Shown here piece by piece: positions 1 to 13,015 of a DNA stretch of 64,000 bases (its first letter is position 1; the number at the start of each line of letters is the position of its first letter). The notes beneath the pieces are model-generated. The model ran no database searches. It saw only the letters and a list, made by a program, of their open reading frames with translations, and had not been told where the DNA came from. This stretch comes from Eledone cirrhosa (lineage: Eukaryota): positions 165,106,001 to 165,170,000 of the forward strand of contig OZ024740.1 of NCBI GenBank assembly GCA_964016885.1, given 5' to 3'. Position numbers and translations under genes: made by a program.

Positions 1-39
1 GACGCCATTACTTCCATCCTACTCTATCATTATTTAAAA

Positions 40-1190
<1,151 letters not shown>

Positions 1191-2205
1191 GAATATAAAT
1201 ATGGGGAGCACTCCAACATTTCCTAACCGTTTTGTTTCCAATTCCATATTGCAGTGACAACATGATTCTTCCCTAAAATTTGTTTTTCTATCCTACCGTT
1301 TTCACCACCATCAGTTTACTAGCCTGAATATAAATGCAATGGGAAACTAGTTTGTACATCTAGAGAGATTAATCTCATAAGAATAGGGTTTATGTTCTGC
1401 GTGTTTTCGAAGAGTAGAATAGATTCCTAAAAAATAGAAAGTATTACAATATTAGACGAGGATAACTGCTAAGTCTATAGAGTACTTTTTGAGAATAATA
1501 GAGGTGATATAGTTAAAATTGGATCAGTTAAAGAGTCAAAATGATGAAGGTTGTTGGATTTGTTCTTTAAGCCCAGGTTAGGACATATAATCGGTGCTAT
1601 TCCAGCTGTAACCATGACGGCTTTATGTAGTAATACTTTGTCGAATGTGTCATTTCTTTGCTTAAGAGCAATTAACACTAATGGTGGCTGTGTAAATGCA
1701 GGCTTTAGCACACAGTGATTGTTTTCCGCCTATTGGCATCATACAGAAATAAGCCGAGATAAGAAATCTGGTGACAATAAAAGTAATACGTTCAGAGATG
1801 GGGTAGCTTCATTATCTGCAGTCTGCACTGAAGAACTCCAATATGGGCATTTGAACACTCAACTGGCTGCGGTTCGCACACACATCCCTGCTGACCATTA
1901 TCACAACAACGGACCTCTTTACTACTACTACACACACACACACATATTTGTTTTGAAAGACTTATTTTTCAGTGACTTCTCAATCAGCCGACACAAACCT
2001 ACATTTGGCGCAAAATCAATTTTTAACATTCACATGACCTCTACCGACCAATCAAAATTATTTTGACCACAAGAATTTTTGCAACACGAATTGGCGCAAA
2101 ACTTATTTTAATACATCAGGAGCCACTTTTTTCACATAAAACAGGTAGAATTTCCAAAACTAATCAGATTAGAGCAAACATAACGGGCGCTCTATCTCAA
2201 AATTA

Positions 2206-2241
2206 TTTTTGAAAAGCATTAGAAATGCGCAACCGGTAAAA
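2206..2241 (+). ncRNA. Degenerate minimal type I hammerhead motif with U3:A8 core variant
   Basis: ttt-TTGAAAA-gcatt aga aatgc-GCAAC-cg-GTA-aaa; GAAA is mutated to GCAA; homologous to 45396-45431. Confidence 0.4.
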
Positions 2242-2455
2242 CTTAAAACCAAAACTGAATACTAACCAATACTATTACTAATTTTTACTTATTCCTAATT
2301 AAACTATTTTTCACTGGGAACAATTTGTCAGCATTTTCTTTTCCGTTTACCAATATATATATATATACGTAAATAAATTGTTGTCTCAAAATCAGAGTTG
2401 AAGCGGGTGTTTATTAGAATTTATAGAATAATGAGACACTCAACGCAGCATGTGG

Positions 2456-2552
<97 letters not shown>

Positions 2553-2710
2553 AGGAGGTTATAGTTCACTTGAAGCATTGTGTAATGAGGTATAGACGTT
2601 TGAATATGTGTAATAAGGCCAAGACAATGCAGGTATGGACATAGAAAAAAGAATGCAATAGTGAAAGATATTGATGTGAATTCGTCTTTCACCTTGAATT
2701 TATTTAAATG

Positions 2711-2747
2711 TCCTTAATTTTCGAGATAATATCTCTTCTTCGGAGGG
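2711..2747 (-). ncRNA. Hammerhead-like motif (CCGAAGA core) in a short Penelope-derived insert (~2550-2930)
   Basis: Minus strand: cct-CCGAAGA-a-gagat att atctc-GAAA-AT-TA-agg; palindromic minimal stem III (AATT). Confidence 0.45.
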
Positions 2748-2894
2748 AAGTAAAGGTCTCAAACCAGCGTCTTTAAATCTCTAGCCAAGCCATGCTGACC
2801 GGAAATAGTATAGAGTATCTGTTCTAACTCTAAAATCAAAGAATTAAAATTAGGTGGATAAAGAGTAGTCTCCCTTTAAGAGGGGTTTGTTTAG

Positions 2895-2928
<34 letters not shown>

Positions 2929-3106
2929 GAAAGAAACCTCTTTATATATATATATAATGTAATCTCTTTATATATATATATAATGTAATCTGAGTTTTTC
3001 GAATATTAATAATAACATTCGATTCGTTTGCAATTATGCAAACAAGCCTCAATTTTATAGCCATGTCAGTAGAATGAACCCTTCATTCTTGCTCTTGTGT
3101 TGGTAT

Positions 3107-3172
3107 GTGAACAGAACTGCAGACACTAATGTTTCTGGGTATCACCTTTCATCAGTACAGCTCACTGTTCAC
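3107..3172 (-). ncRNA. Type I hammerhead ribozyme
   Basis: Minus strand: gtgaacag-tgag-ctgta-CTGATGA-aa ggt gat acc ca-GAAAC-attagt-GTC-tgcag-tt-ctgttcac; stem I ctgta/tgcag extended by an 8-bp gtgaacag/ctgttcac helix; GUC cleavage triplet. Confidence 0.8.
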
Positions 3173-3221
3173 CTGCCATACTGTCAGAGCTAGTGAAAAT
3201 ATATGCTATTTTCAAAATACA

Positions 3222-3316
3222 CAGTGACTGATCGGCCTGATTTGCATATTAGCAGACTGGCTGATCAGTCAGATCTGCCTATTAGCAGATCCACTGATCA
3301 GCCAGATTTGCATATG
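3222..3316. repeat. Minisatellite, about 3 copies of a ~30-bp unit
   Basis: Unit resembling (a/g)ctgatc(a/g)g..gat(t/c)tgc.tattagcag repeated imperfectly. Confidence 0.7.
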
Positions 3317-3337
3317 TATGTATATATGTATATATAC

Positions 3338-3451
<114 letters not shown>

Positions 3452-3574
3452 GTATATATATAGAGAGAGAGATATCTATATATATATAGATATCTATAGA
3501 TAGATAGATGGATATGTGTGTAGATATATAAATATATATAGATATGTATATATATATTGGTCATTATCTCCTAG

Positions 3575-3763
3575 GGCGGTGGATTGGCAGTATCAGTAGA
3601 GAGCCGGACGCCATGCTTTCCAGCATAGTTACGTCCCTTTACGGTCTGAGTTCAAATCCCGCCGAGGTTAACTTTGCATTTCATCCTTACGGGGTCGATA
3701 CAATAAAGTACCAGTAATGTACTGGGTAATTGCTGGCCTTGTGCCAAAAGTAGAAACAATTAT
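3575..3763 (+). mobile_element. tRNA-derived SINE, family A
   Basis: A-box-like tggcagtatcagt and B-box gagttcaaatcc; tail ...ggccttgtgccaaaagtagaaacaatt; near-identical copies at 50155-50336, 34430-34527 and 49370-49465. Confidence 0.85.
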
Positions 3764-3859
3764 CTCCTAGACTTAATGACTAATTAATTAATTTAATTAG
3801 ACAATTCAATTGATTGGTTCCTTGTTTATGTTTGTTTAATGACCTCTGTCACTATTGCG

Positions 3860-5870
3860 TAATCTCTTTAGGATAGTTATTCATTCGTCAATACATAAGC
3901 CACAGGTCGGATTTCCCCTTGCGTATGGCTTGGACTTAGTGATGGCTTTCCATTGAATGGAGTACCCTATACTTGAGTCCTTGAGGGACCATACGTGGCT
4001 CGCGAGTTTCGTGGATGAACCTCTGTCCGGGTATCTGAAGGTAGACTGGTGGTTCAAGAAACGCTCCTTGAATCGGCCCTCCGCCATGCCCACATAGGAT
4101 TTGACCTCCTGTGGTTCGTTCGCTCTGTTGGAAGTGACCACAGCTTCATAGATTACAGCTGGTGTGTTGCATTGTTGTTGAAGGGGGCAAGCTTCAGGCT
4201 TACGACAAGAGCACCCTGGTGGGGTGTTGCTCCTAGGGCTGCTGGTGATGTGGGCCTTCATGTTCTTAGCGCAGGAGTATCCTAGGTTAACTTTGTGTCG
4301 GTTAAAGATGGAGCGGTATTTATGACCTATGGGGAAGTGTCTATCTAAGAGGGCTAGATATTTTTTTCCTAGATTGGTTTTAACGTTGAGTGAGAAGGGA
4401 GGACAGAACCAGATAGTTTGTCTATTGATGCGCTTACTTTTTTTAATGGTGTTGTTGCTAGTGGGAGAGTAGGTGATAGGTTGTGAAAAGCCGCTGTTAG
4501 CCAACGCCGTGTTATAGTAGGGTGCCGTCCTGTCAAAGATAGCCTTATTAGAGGAGAGGTTTGAGATTCTAGTACCGATATTCTTAACGAAGTTTCTAAA
4601 AACAGTGGGAGGGTGGTATGAGTCCTTGTGAATGTAATTAAGTTTCTCGTTTAGCTTATGGAAGGGCCTGTGGGTTTGTGTGCGCAGGTCTAAATTAATG
4701 TCTAAGAAATCCACGCTAGAGAGGTTGGAGGCTACTGTTATCCTAAGGCCTAACACATTGAAGGTAGGAGCTAAGTCTTTTTTAAACCGGTCGAGGTCGT
4801 GACCACTTTTATGGCTCGATAAAGTCAGTCCATCGTCACGGTATATTCCTGTGTGGAAGTCCGGAAATCTAACACGTAATATGTCTAAGATAAAAAGGCC
4901 AACCAAGTCACATACGTCAGCATTGTCAAACGATCCCATGGAGACGTCGAACAGGTCTGAAGATGTAGACTTCTTTGCCCAGGCTACTCCGACGTTGAAG
5001 AAGAGGGTTTTCCGGCAGTGAGCGATGATTTCCCTGTCTAAACCGTCCACGGTGGTATAAGTGGTAGCGAAGTCCAACGCTTTGTTTAACAGGGTCTCTG
5101 AGATCGACGGGTAAAAATTGACAATGTCAAACTGTGTGAACTTCGTTTTTTGGATTTTAAGGAGTTAAACCACTTAATTACGGAGTCGCTGTTCTCCCAC
5201 TGGGGCGGTTGGACTTGGTCCTAATGGTCTTAACTAGGTTTCTAAGTATGACCTTACTGACTAGTCCCATATCTGTGCGTGCCGGGTTTATTAGTCTGCA
5301 TGTGGGGTTAGAAATAAAGTCTACCTTGTGATCTTTCAGGGTGAGGAACGCCTCTCGCTTAGCTAGAGATTGTAGCTTCTTATCTAGCTTAAGGTAGCTG
5401 GCGAGTTCCTTGGCTTCTGTATTAATGTCGTGGTAGGCCATAGGGTTAGCTTTCTTATATTTAGAAGTAATAGCGTTATGGGCCAGGTGGCGGAAAGTGG
5501 TGTTGTCGACTTCGTAATTATTGTTAGTTTTGTCGGAAAGGACGAAGGTGTTATTAGAAGACCTAAATTTCTTAATATCGTTTCTGAGTTTCGTTTGAAA
5601 GGTGTTAGTGTGTTTGCGAAAGGAAATGTTAGCGACTAAGTCAAGAAGGTCCGTCTCGAAAGGAGCAAGTTCGGTTACCTTAGGAGGGTAGGCTCTCGAT
5701 TTCAGGTTGAAGGTGTTGTTTGTGCCTGTAATTTTGCCGTCGAAAGCTAGGGCTCGCCATCTTAAGCGTCTGACGACATCTTCCGCTTTTTGTAGGAGGA
5801 GCTTTTGTTAAACATGGTTGGAGGGAGTTGGAATGTTCTTCAGGGAGTAATTCAGTTCGTATAAATCCAT
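3860..5870 (-). pseudogene. PLE reverse transcriptase + GIY-YIG endonuclease ORF, disrupted
   Basis: Begins MDLYELNYSLKNIPTPS at ATG 5870; LTLKDHK..RLINPA; RT motif GIYRDDGL; CSCRKPEACP (CxCx5C); VIY..SYVG GIY-YIG; CGLC. In-frame stop at 5808, frameshift near 5170-5200, CGA>TGA at 3881. Confidence 0.9.
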
Positions 5871-6117
5871 ACTGACGTTGATGAGACGCAAAATTGTGCA
5901 GGACACGAGGATATATAGAGCGCTCTCAGAGTAGTAAGCCAAACTCGCACGTGGTGAAGAATCTGCTAAACGCCAAACTTCTACGTAGTGAGGAGAATCT
6001 GCTGACCGCTGTTGGAGACGTAAATAGTGTTGGAAAACTGGAAGGTAATATCCGTAGTGGTAGAGCACACAGTCCAAGGGACGAGTTAGGTAGAAGTGGT
6101 TACACAACAGTTAGTTC

Positions 6118-6175
6118 ACCATACCGAGAACAATTGTTTCAAGTTCGCGGATCTTCAGCTCGGGTTGTATATGGT
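6118..6175 (-). ncRNA. Type I hammerhead ribozyme in the PLE pLTR
   Basis: Minus strand: ccgag-CTGAAGA-tccgcgaactt-GAAAC-AATT-GTT-ctcgg, with accata/tatggt extension; palindromic stem III; stem II is weak. Confidence 0.78.
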
Positions 6176-6339
6176 TATAGGAACAAGAAGGACAACCGTA
6201 CTAACGCGCATGCGCAGAAACTCGGTCACTTCACACAGGCAATAGTAGACTGCGTGCTTAAGCGAGATAACTGCGAAAGTCCGGAAAGTTTTTTGGTTGA
6301 AAATAAAATAAAAAAATTTAAAAATAAAATTACAAAGAA

Positions 6340-7252
6340 TCAGTCCGGAGCCTTGTAGTTATGTAATAGATGTTTTGTGACGTGTGGACAAAGTGTGAAA
6401 AATTCACTCCTCGTGTTTAGGCAATCATTATTGCGTAATCTCTTTAGGATAGTTATTCGTTCGTCAATACATAAGCCACACGTCGGATTTCCCCTTGCGT
6501 ATGGCTTGGACTTAGTGATGGCTTTCCATTGAATGAAGTACCCTATACTTGAGTCCTTGTGGGACTATACGTGGTTCGCGAGTTTCGTGGATGAACGTCT
6601 GTCCGGGTATCTGAAGGTAGACTGGTGGTACAGGGAACTCTCCTTGAATCGGCCCTCCGCCATGCCCACATAGGATTTGACCTCCTGTGGTTCGTTCGGT
6701 CGGTTGGAAGTGACCACAGCTTCATAGATTACAGCTGGTGTGTTGCATTGTTGTTGAAGGGGGCAAGCTTCAGGCTTACGACAAGAGCACCCTGGTGGGG
6801 TGTTGCTCTTAGGGCTGTTGGTGATGTGGGCCTTCATGTTCTTAGCGCAGGAGTATCCTAGGTTAACTTTGTGTTGGTTAAAGATGGAGCGGTATTTATG
6901 ACCTATGGGGAAGTGTCTATCTAAGAGGACTAGACATTTTTTTAATGGTGTTGTTGCTAGTGGGAGAGTAGGTGATAGGTTGTGAGAAGCCGCTGTTAGA
7001 CAACGCCGTGTTCTAGTAGAGTGCCGCTCTGTCAAAGATAGCCTTATTAGAGGAGAGGTTTGAGATTCTAGTACCGATATTCTTAACGAAGTTTCAAAAA
7101 ACAGTGGGAGGGTGGTATGAGTCCTTGTGAATGTAATTAAGTTTCTCGTTTAGGTTATGGAAGGGTCTGTGGGTGTGTGTGCGAAGGTCTAAATTAATGT
7201 CTAAGAAATCCACGCTAGAGAGGTTGGTGGCTACTGTTATCCTAAGGCCTAA
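6340..7252 (-). pseudogene. Upstream partial PLE copy (RT thumb + GIY-YIG C-terminus)
   Basis: Duplicate of the 3' half of the main ORF with an internal deletion; ends ...CIDERITILKRLRNNDCLNTRSEFFTLCPHVTKHLLHNYKAPD*. Confidence 0.88.
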
Positions 7253-7331
7253 CTCATATATATATATATATTGAGTTAAGAACTCAGAGTAGTCCCTTCA
7301 TCTCTCTTGTTTATTCAATTATATATATATA

Positions 7332-7844
7332 TGTAGATAAATCTACCAAAATAAACGGCAGTCTCCAATCCGTATGAAGAACTGAATGTAATCCAAATAT
7401 AGAAGATATCATGAAAAGAGAAAATGCATTCACAATTTAACGATAACAATCATAGGAAAACAGAGTCAAGATAAATTAATAAAAACAATGAAATATAAAC
7501 AAAGAACAGGTTCCTTATATTGAAAAAAAATCAGCATTTTACGATCGTTTCTGGGATATATATGTGTATTGGTATGTATATCATATTAAAGATCTATGTA
7601 AAAAAATATTACAAATTATCAGAGGAGATATACCTACCTTCACCTATATATGCCATCTTCAGATATATGTAGGTGAAGGTATGTATATCTCCTCTGATAA
7701 TTTGTAATATTTGTTTACATAGATCTTTAATATGATATACATATCAACACACATATATATCCCAGAAACGATCGTAAAATGATGATTGTTTTCAATATAA
7801 GGAACCTGTTCTTTGTTTTTATTTCATTGTTTTTATTAATTTAT
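7332..7844 (-). mobile_element. Fold-back PLE pLTR fragment with long-stem-II hammerhead
   Basis: Inverted arms at 7471-7652 and 7664-7844; on the minus strand CTGAAGA (7656-7662) and GAAACGATCGTA (7540-7551); homologous to 30470-30822. Confidence 0.75.
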
Positions 7845-8466
7845 ATATATATATATATATGTGTGTGTGTAAAGAGAAAGAGGGGGGGGGGCAGAAAGAG
7901 AGAGAGAGAGAGACTCTCAACCAGCTGAGATGGTCAGGTCAGGAGTTTTATTTAGAAATATCTATCAGTAACATTCGATGTTCTGTAGATAATCATACGC
8001 GTTGTGCTAAAATATATTGTGACAAAATGTTGGAGAGTAAATCTGGACACTGCATTTTATGCCAAAGTTTGCGACCTTATCGGATGTCTCATAGGAATCA
8101 ATGGTATATTCTCGGACTGCTCTGTATTCGTAACATCAAAGGTTTTCTAATATAATATATACATAATAGTGTTTCACTGTAGATGGATGGGATTTGACAT
8201 TTCATTTGTGATATTGAAGAGAAGTATCTCGCATTCTTTCTTCATACATAAATGCACGCACATAAACCAGCCGAACACCACGCACAGGCCCACTGTAACA
8301 CACACAGACACACATATACACACACACGCACGTACACACACACGCACGCACATATACACACACACACAGAAACATACAGACTCCTGCATATATGTATGTG
8401 TGTATAAAATATTTATAAATATACTTATATATGAATCTCTCTCACTTTATATATATATATATATGA

Positions 8467-8590
8467 AGGCGCATGGCTGAGTGGTTAGAGAATTGTATTT
8501 GCAATCGTGAGGTTGTGAGTTCGGACCGGGTGATGCGTTATGTCCTTGAGCACGTCCCTTTATTTCACGTTGCACCATTTACCTGGAGTG
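8467..8590 (+). mobile_element. tRNA-derived SINE fragment, family B
   Basis: ggcgcatggctgagtggttagag...gtgagttcg..gaccgggtgatgcgtt; related copy at 9412-9750. Confidence 0.7.
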
Positions 8591-8944
8591 TGTGTGTGTA
8601 TGTATTATATACGTAGGAGTGAATCATTTGAAATAGGAACAAGTAAATGATCGTATTTTCAGTATTCTTGCCTTTCTCTATGAAAGAAATAGGGAAAGCA
8701 GAGGTGGTATCGGTTACGTCAGGTTTGATATGACCTCAATGAATGTCACAACGGAAATTCTAAGACTCTGCGGGTATTTAGGATATAACGACAGTCTAAC
8801 ACATACAAGACTAAAAGAAATATTTAAAGTTACATTATGTCATTAGTGCAATTTGAACTTATATTTACACATTGCCCTTATTGTACAAAACTCTGCAACA
8901 ATACATATATATCTTCTTCATTTTATGAGCGGATAATGAGATAT

Positions 8945-9240
8945 TCTTCTGCTCCATTCGTGAATACGGCCCCGAGATACTTGAACTTCTCTACCTGCTT
9001 CAGTGGACCTCTATTCACATATAGAGTGCATTGCGCAGGCTTACTTGAGAGATCCAGTCTCTCAATGTTTCAGCCATTCAGGCCTCGGGATCAAACATAT
9101 GTACAAGTCGAAGATAATTTTCTGTCGAGTTAAGTAACACCATGTCATCTGAAAATTCTAAGAGGCTGATTTTACACCCACCAGTCATGATGACACCTCC
9201 AACCCGGCTGCGCATGTCAATCCTATTCATGCAAAGTTTC
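8945..9240 (-). pseudogene. RTE-like LINE reverse transcriptase fragment
   Basis: Minus-strand translation gives degenerate FSDD and PLKQVEKFKYLGAV. Confidence 0.65.
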
Positions 9241-9411
9241 TGATATCCAAGTGGCTAAAAGATGTCAGCATAAGGGCACCCTGGCTTAAGAGCTGGATGG
9301 GGTCCGGTCAGCTTAGATTGTATGAAGGCCGAAACACTAGCATGAGGGGAGGTTTCTTCTCAGAAAACCTACTGCTGTCCAGCACTCTTGAGAGTTTCTT
9401 GTGTGTGCGTA

Positions 9412-9750
9412 AAGCACGTTGGATAGTGCGTAGAGGGTTGTATTCGAATTCGTGGGGTTGTGAGTTTGACTCTCAGACCGGGTGATGCGTTGTGTTCTTG
9501 TACAAGACACTTTATTTTGCGTTGCTTCAGTCCTATCAACTGTAGAAATGAGTTGCAACGTCACTGATGTTAGGCTCTATTAGCTTTTGCCTCTCACTTG
9601 GATGACATTGAAGACGTAGAGAAGGGGAGACTGGCATGCATGGGTGACTACTGCTCTTCCATAAGAACACCTTACCCGGGATTGTACCTTAGAAGGGATC
9701 ATCCTAGGTGTAAATATCATGGTTATTCGAGACGGAAGAGGCTCTATAAA
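9412..9750 (+). mobile_element. tRNA-derived SINE, family B
   Basis: Head similar to the 8467 copy (tagagggttgtattcg...gtgagtttgactctcagaccgggtgatgcgttgtgttcttg). Confidence 0.65.
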
Positions 9751-9842
9751 CTTTATGAATATAGAAATGGTTTCTACAGGACTAGAACTGTTTCCTTCGA
9801 ATGAAACTGTTCTGTGGTTTTACCCGATTGAACCCGGGACTC

Positions 9843-9962
<120 letters not shown>

Positions 9963-11997
9963 TTATTGTGTGTGACATCTGTGTGTCATGTGGTAAATGT
10001 CTCAACTGACATTCCACAGTCGAGCTGACTACAGGAGCTTTGGTGACCAACCAATGTTGGAACTGAACTTCCATCTCCTGCTTTACTGAAATCCAATTCA
10101 CTAGCGAATGACGTCAGGTCGAAGACGTATTTTTACATACATTCTTAACTACAAAGATTCACAAAGATATAATATTATCTAATCATGTGGTTTCAGGATT
10201 CAGTATATAAAGCTACCAACTGTTTACCACATGACGACATCTCTCTAACCTTTCTGATCTATCCCATCTTTTATACATTGTAACTCCATAGTATGTTTTA
10301 ATGTTATGGTTAAGCATCAAAAATATTACAAAGATATTATACATTCTCAATGATTCTCAATTATTCTTCCATCAATATGCAAGTCAAGATGATTCTGAAT
10401 AATCTACGTTTGATGATACCAAACAACATCTTTTCTTTCGGAGCATCTCTGTTCAAGGGAATTGACAAGAAATCTCTGTCAAAATGATTGACATTCTATT
10501 CAATTAATAACCAAATTCAGAATTGTTTAGCCAACAGATATGACTTAATTAATATCTAATATACTCTCATGAATTCATAGAAGAGCTCCTGCTTCCTTTT
10601 GACTAACCCAGGCAGAAGTGCATGGCTAAAATATATATTTGAATAATATCATATCATTTCCTATTATTCCATTTTTGCCGATTTGATTATGTGAGCGAAA
10701 TGCCATGAACCCCAGTGGGAAAACGCGCAGTTGTCTCGAATCAATGTACAGAGGATAGCAGCCTGTATCATCGGCCAACCGGCCGGAGATTTTATGTAGA
10801 TTTGTTGATAGCTACAGCTCTCCCCCATCTAGACTTTTCTTTGGAAGCCAGTTGCACTGCGTGTAGATATTTTCGCTACCATCCCCGCCCTTTACTTATT
10901 CCGATTTGATTGATATTATACTAATTGTGGCTGGTATGTCGATTACCCCGAATGACGTTGTCTAGTCGTAGAATCAGGTTCTAGTCAGTTTAAGTAGCCG
11001 TATAAACCAATTAATATCAATCTTTGAGAAGCCTGTATTACAATGTGGAAGGATAAGTGACCGGCTTCAGTGAGAAGCCGGACATTGGCTGGAAATAAAT
11101 AAAGAGCACACCACCAACTACCACCCATTTCACATGCATTCACACACACACGCATACTCACACACACACTTACACGCACGCATGCACGCGCACACACGCA
11201 CACGCACACACACACACGCACACACACACAACACACATACAGCCGATAGCACCCTCTGTAGTAGGCTCCAATAGCAAACGGTTTACAACACATACGGGCA
11301 CTCCCCAATTCATAATATATCCTCTAAAGTTCTCTGGCCTAATCGCCTTTACTCTGTCCGTGTCCCGGTCGTCTTGTCTCTCTTCTAGACGTGTATTTCT
11401 TATCTCTCTTTTCTTTTTATTTCTATATATCTTTTTTTTCTTCTCAGTAAAACTATTCCACGATATCATATTACTTTTTTTCTACAAACACTCATCTACA
11501 TATTCATTCACTTTCACTTCCACATTCCCTTTTCCCTAACTCCAACATCGTCACCACCCCACCACAACTATCACCATCAGGACTGCCACCACCAGCGTCC
11601 AACAACCACAGCTACTATTACCATCACCTAAACTTCCACTGATGTTCCTAATTCTTTTTTTTTCTTTTTACTATGAAATAAGTATATCACCCGATCAGCC
11701 TCGGCCACTAATTCTTTCTCCCTTATATTTTCATTCTCTGTATCAGATGCAATGATTTCAACTATCTCTCGTTCTTCAGCCTCCACATTTAACCTGCCTC
11801 TTTCTTCTCCCTTACTTACTGTATATCTCTTTCACTGGATTTCCCTCTCTATCCATCTGCCATTGACAGCTTCTTCCTTTTACTCTGTTATTTATCCTTG
11901 CTTTTGCTATTTCTAACTCTCTTCATATAATATTCTATTTATATCAAAATATATGCATTTGTTCACTCGCTCTCCCTCTCTCTCCTCTCTCTTTCTA

Positions 11998-12086
<89 letters not shown>

Positions 12087-12860
12087 AATCTCTCACTCAT
12101 TCTCTCCCTGCCTCTCTCTCTCTAACACATACATATATATATATCATCCTCTCTCTGTTGTATTTCATTGTACTCTGTTATCCACGGCTAATCTCCATTT
12201 ACATCCAAATTCTCATTCTCTTTTTCTTTTCTCTCATTTATTTTCTGTTTCTGGATTTACATCTCCATCTCCATTTCCACATCCTCTCTCTCCCTCCCTC
12301 TCATGACACTTCTCTTTCTCCCCTCTTCCCTCTCTCCCTGTCTCTTTTTCTCTGTCTCTTTCTCCCTTTCCTTTTATACTCGTCTTACAATCAGCATTCA
12401 CTTGTTTCCAACTTGATAATTCTCAACTTGCACCAATATCTCTTCCAAAGAAGTCCACCCTTTTTGTCTCTTCATCTGAATCATCCACTTTATCAAGAAT
12501 CTCTGTAATGTAGATTTTGCTTATTTAATGCACCGAAAAGGAAATTATTCGCAGTTGGGTTTCCTAAGGTTAGACAATGCAAATATCTAAAGGATTTCTT
12601 CAAATAAACAAAACCTGCTGAATTTCATAAATCTGCATAAACATGCAAGCGCCATTCCTACATTTATTCGAATGGAAGGAAACATGTACAAATAAACACA
12701 CACACTCATACAAACATACAAGCGCAGATAGACACAAATATATATATGTATGTATGTGTATGCATGTGCACGTCTATATGTGTTCAGGGAGTGAGAAAGA
12801 TAGAAAGAAAGAATTCATACACGAAAACACACAGACATAACTATATATATATATATACAC

Positions 12861-13015
<155 letters not shown>

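Larger units (their letters stand above)
3855..7256 (-). mobile_element. Penelope-like element (Naiad-type) in partial-tandem (pLTR) arrangement
   Basis: A 3' partial copy (7256-6340), then a UTR with a hammerhead, then a full-length ORF copy; 6430-7252 repeats 3855-4752. Confidence 0.92.

Noticed and set aside
3881-3883. In-frame TGA as selenocysteine (some Naiad PLEs are reported to encode selenoproteins)
   Set aside because: The duplicate copy near 6458 has CGA (Arg) at this position, which fits CpG decay. It is not a Cys position, and I see no convincing SECIS.
3575-9750. tRNA genes
   Set aside because: The A/B-box-like heads lack a cloverleaf and continue into multicopy SINE bodies
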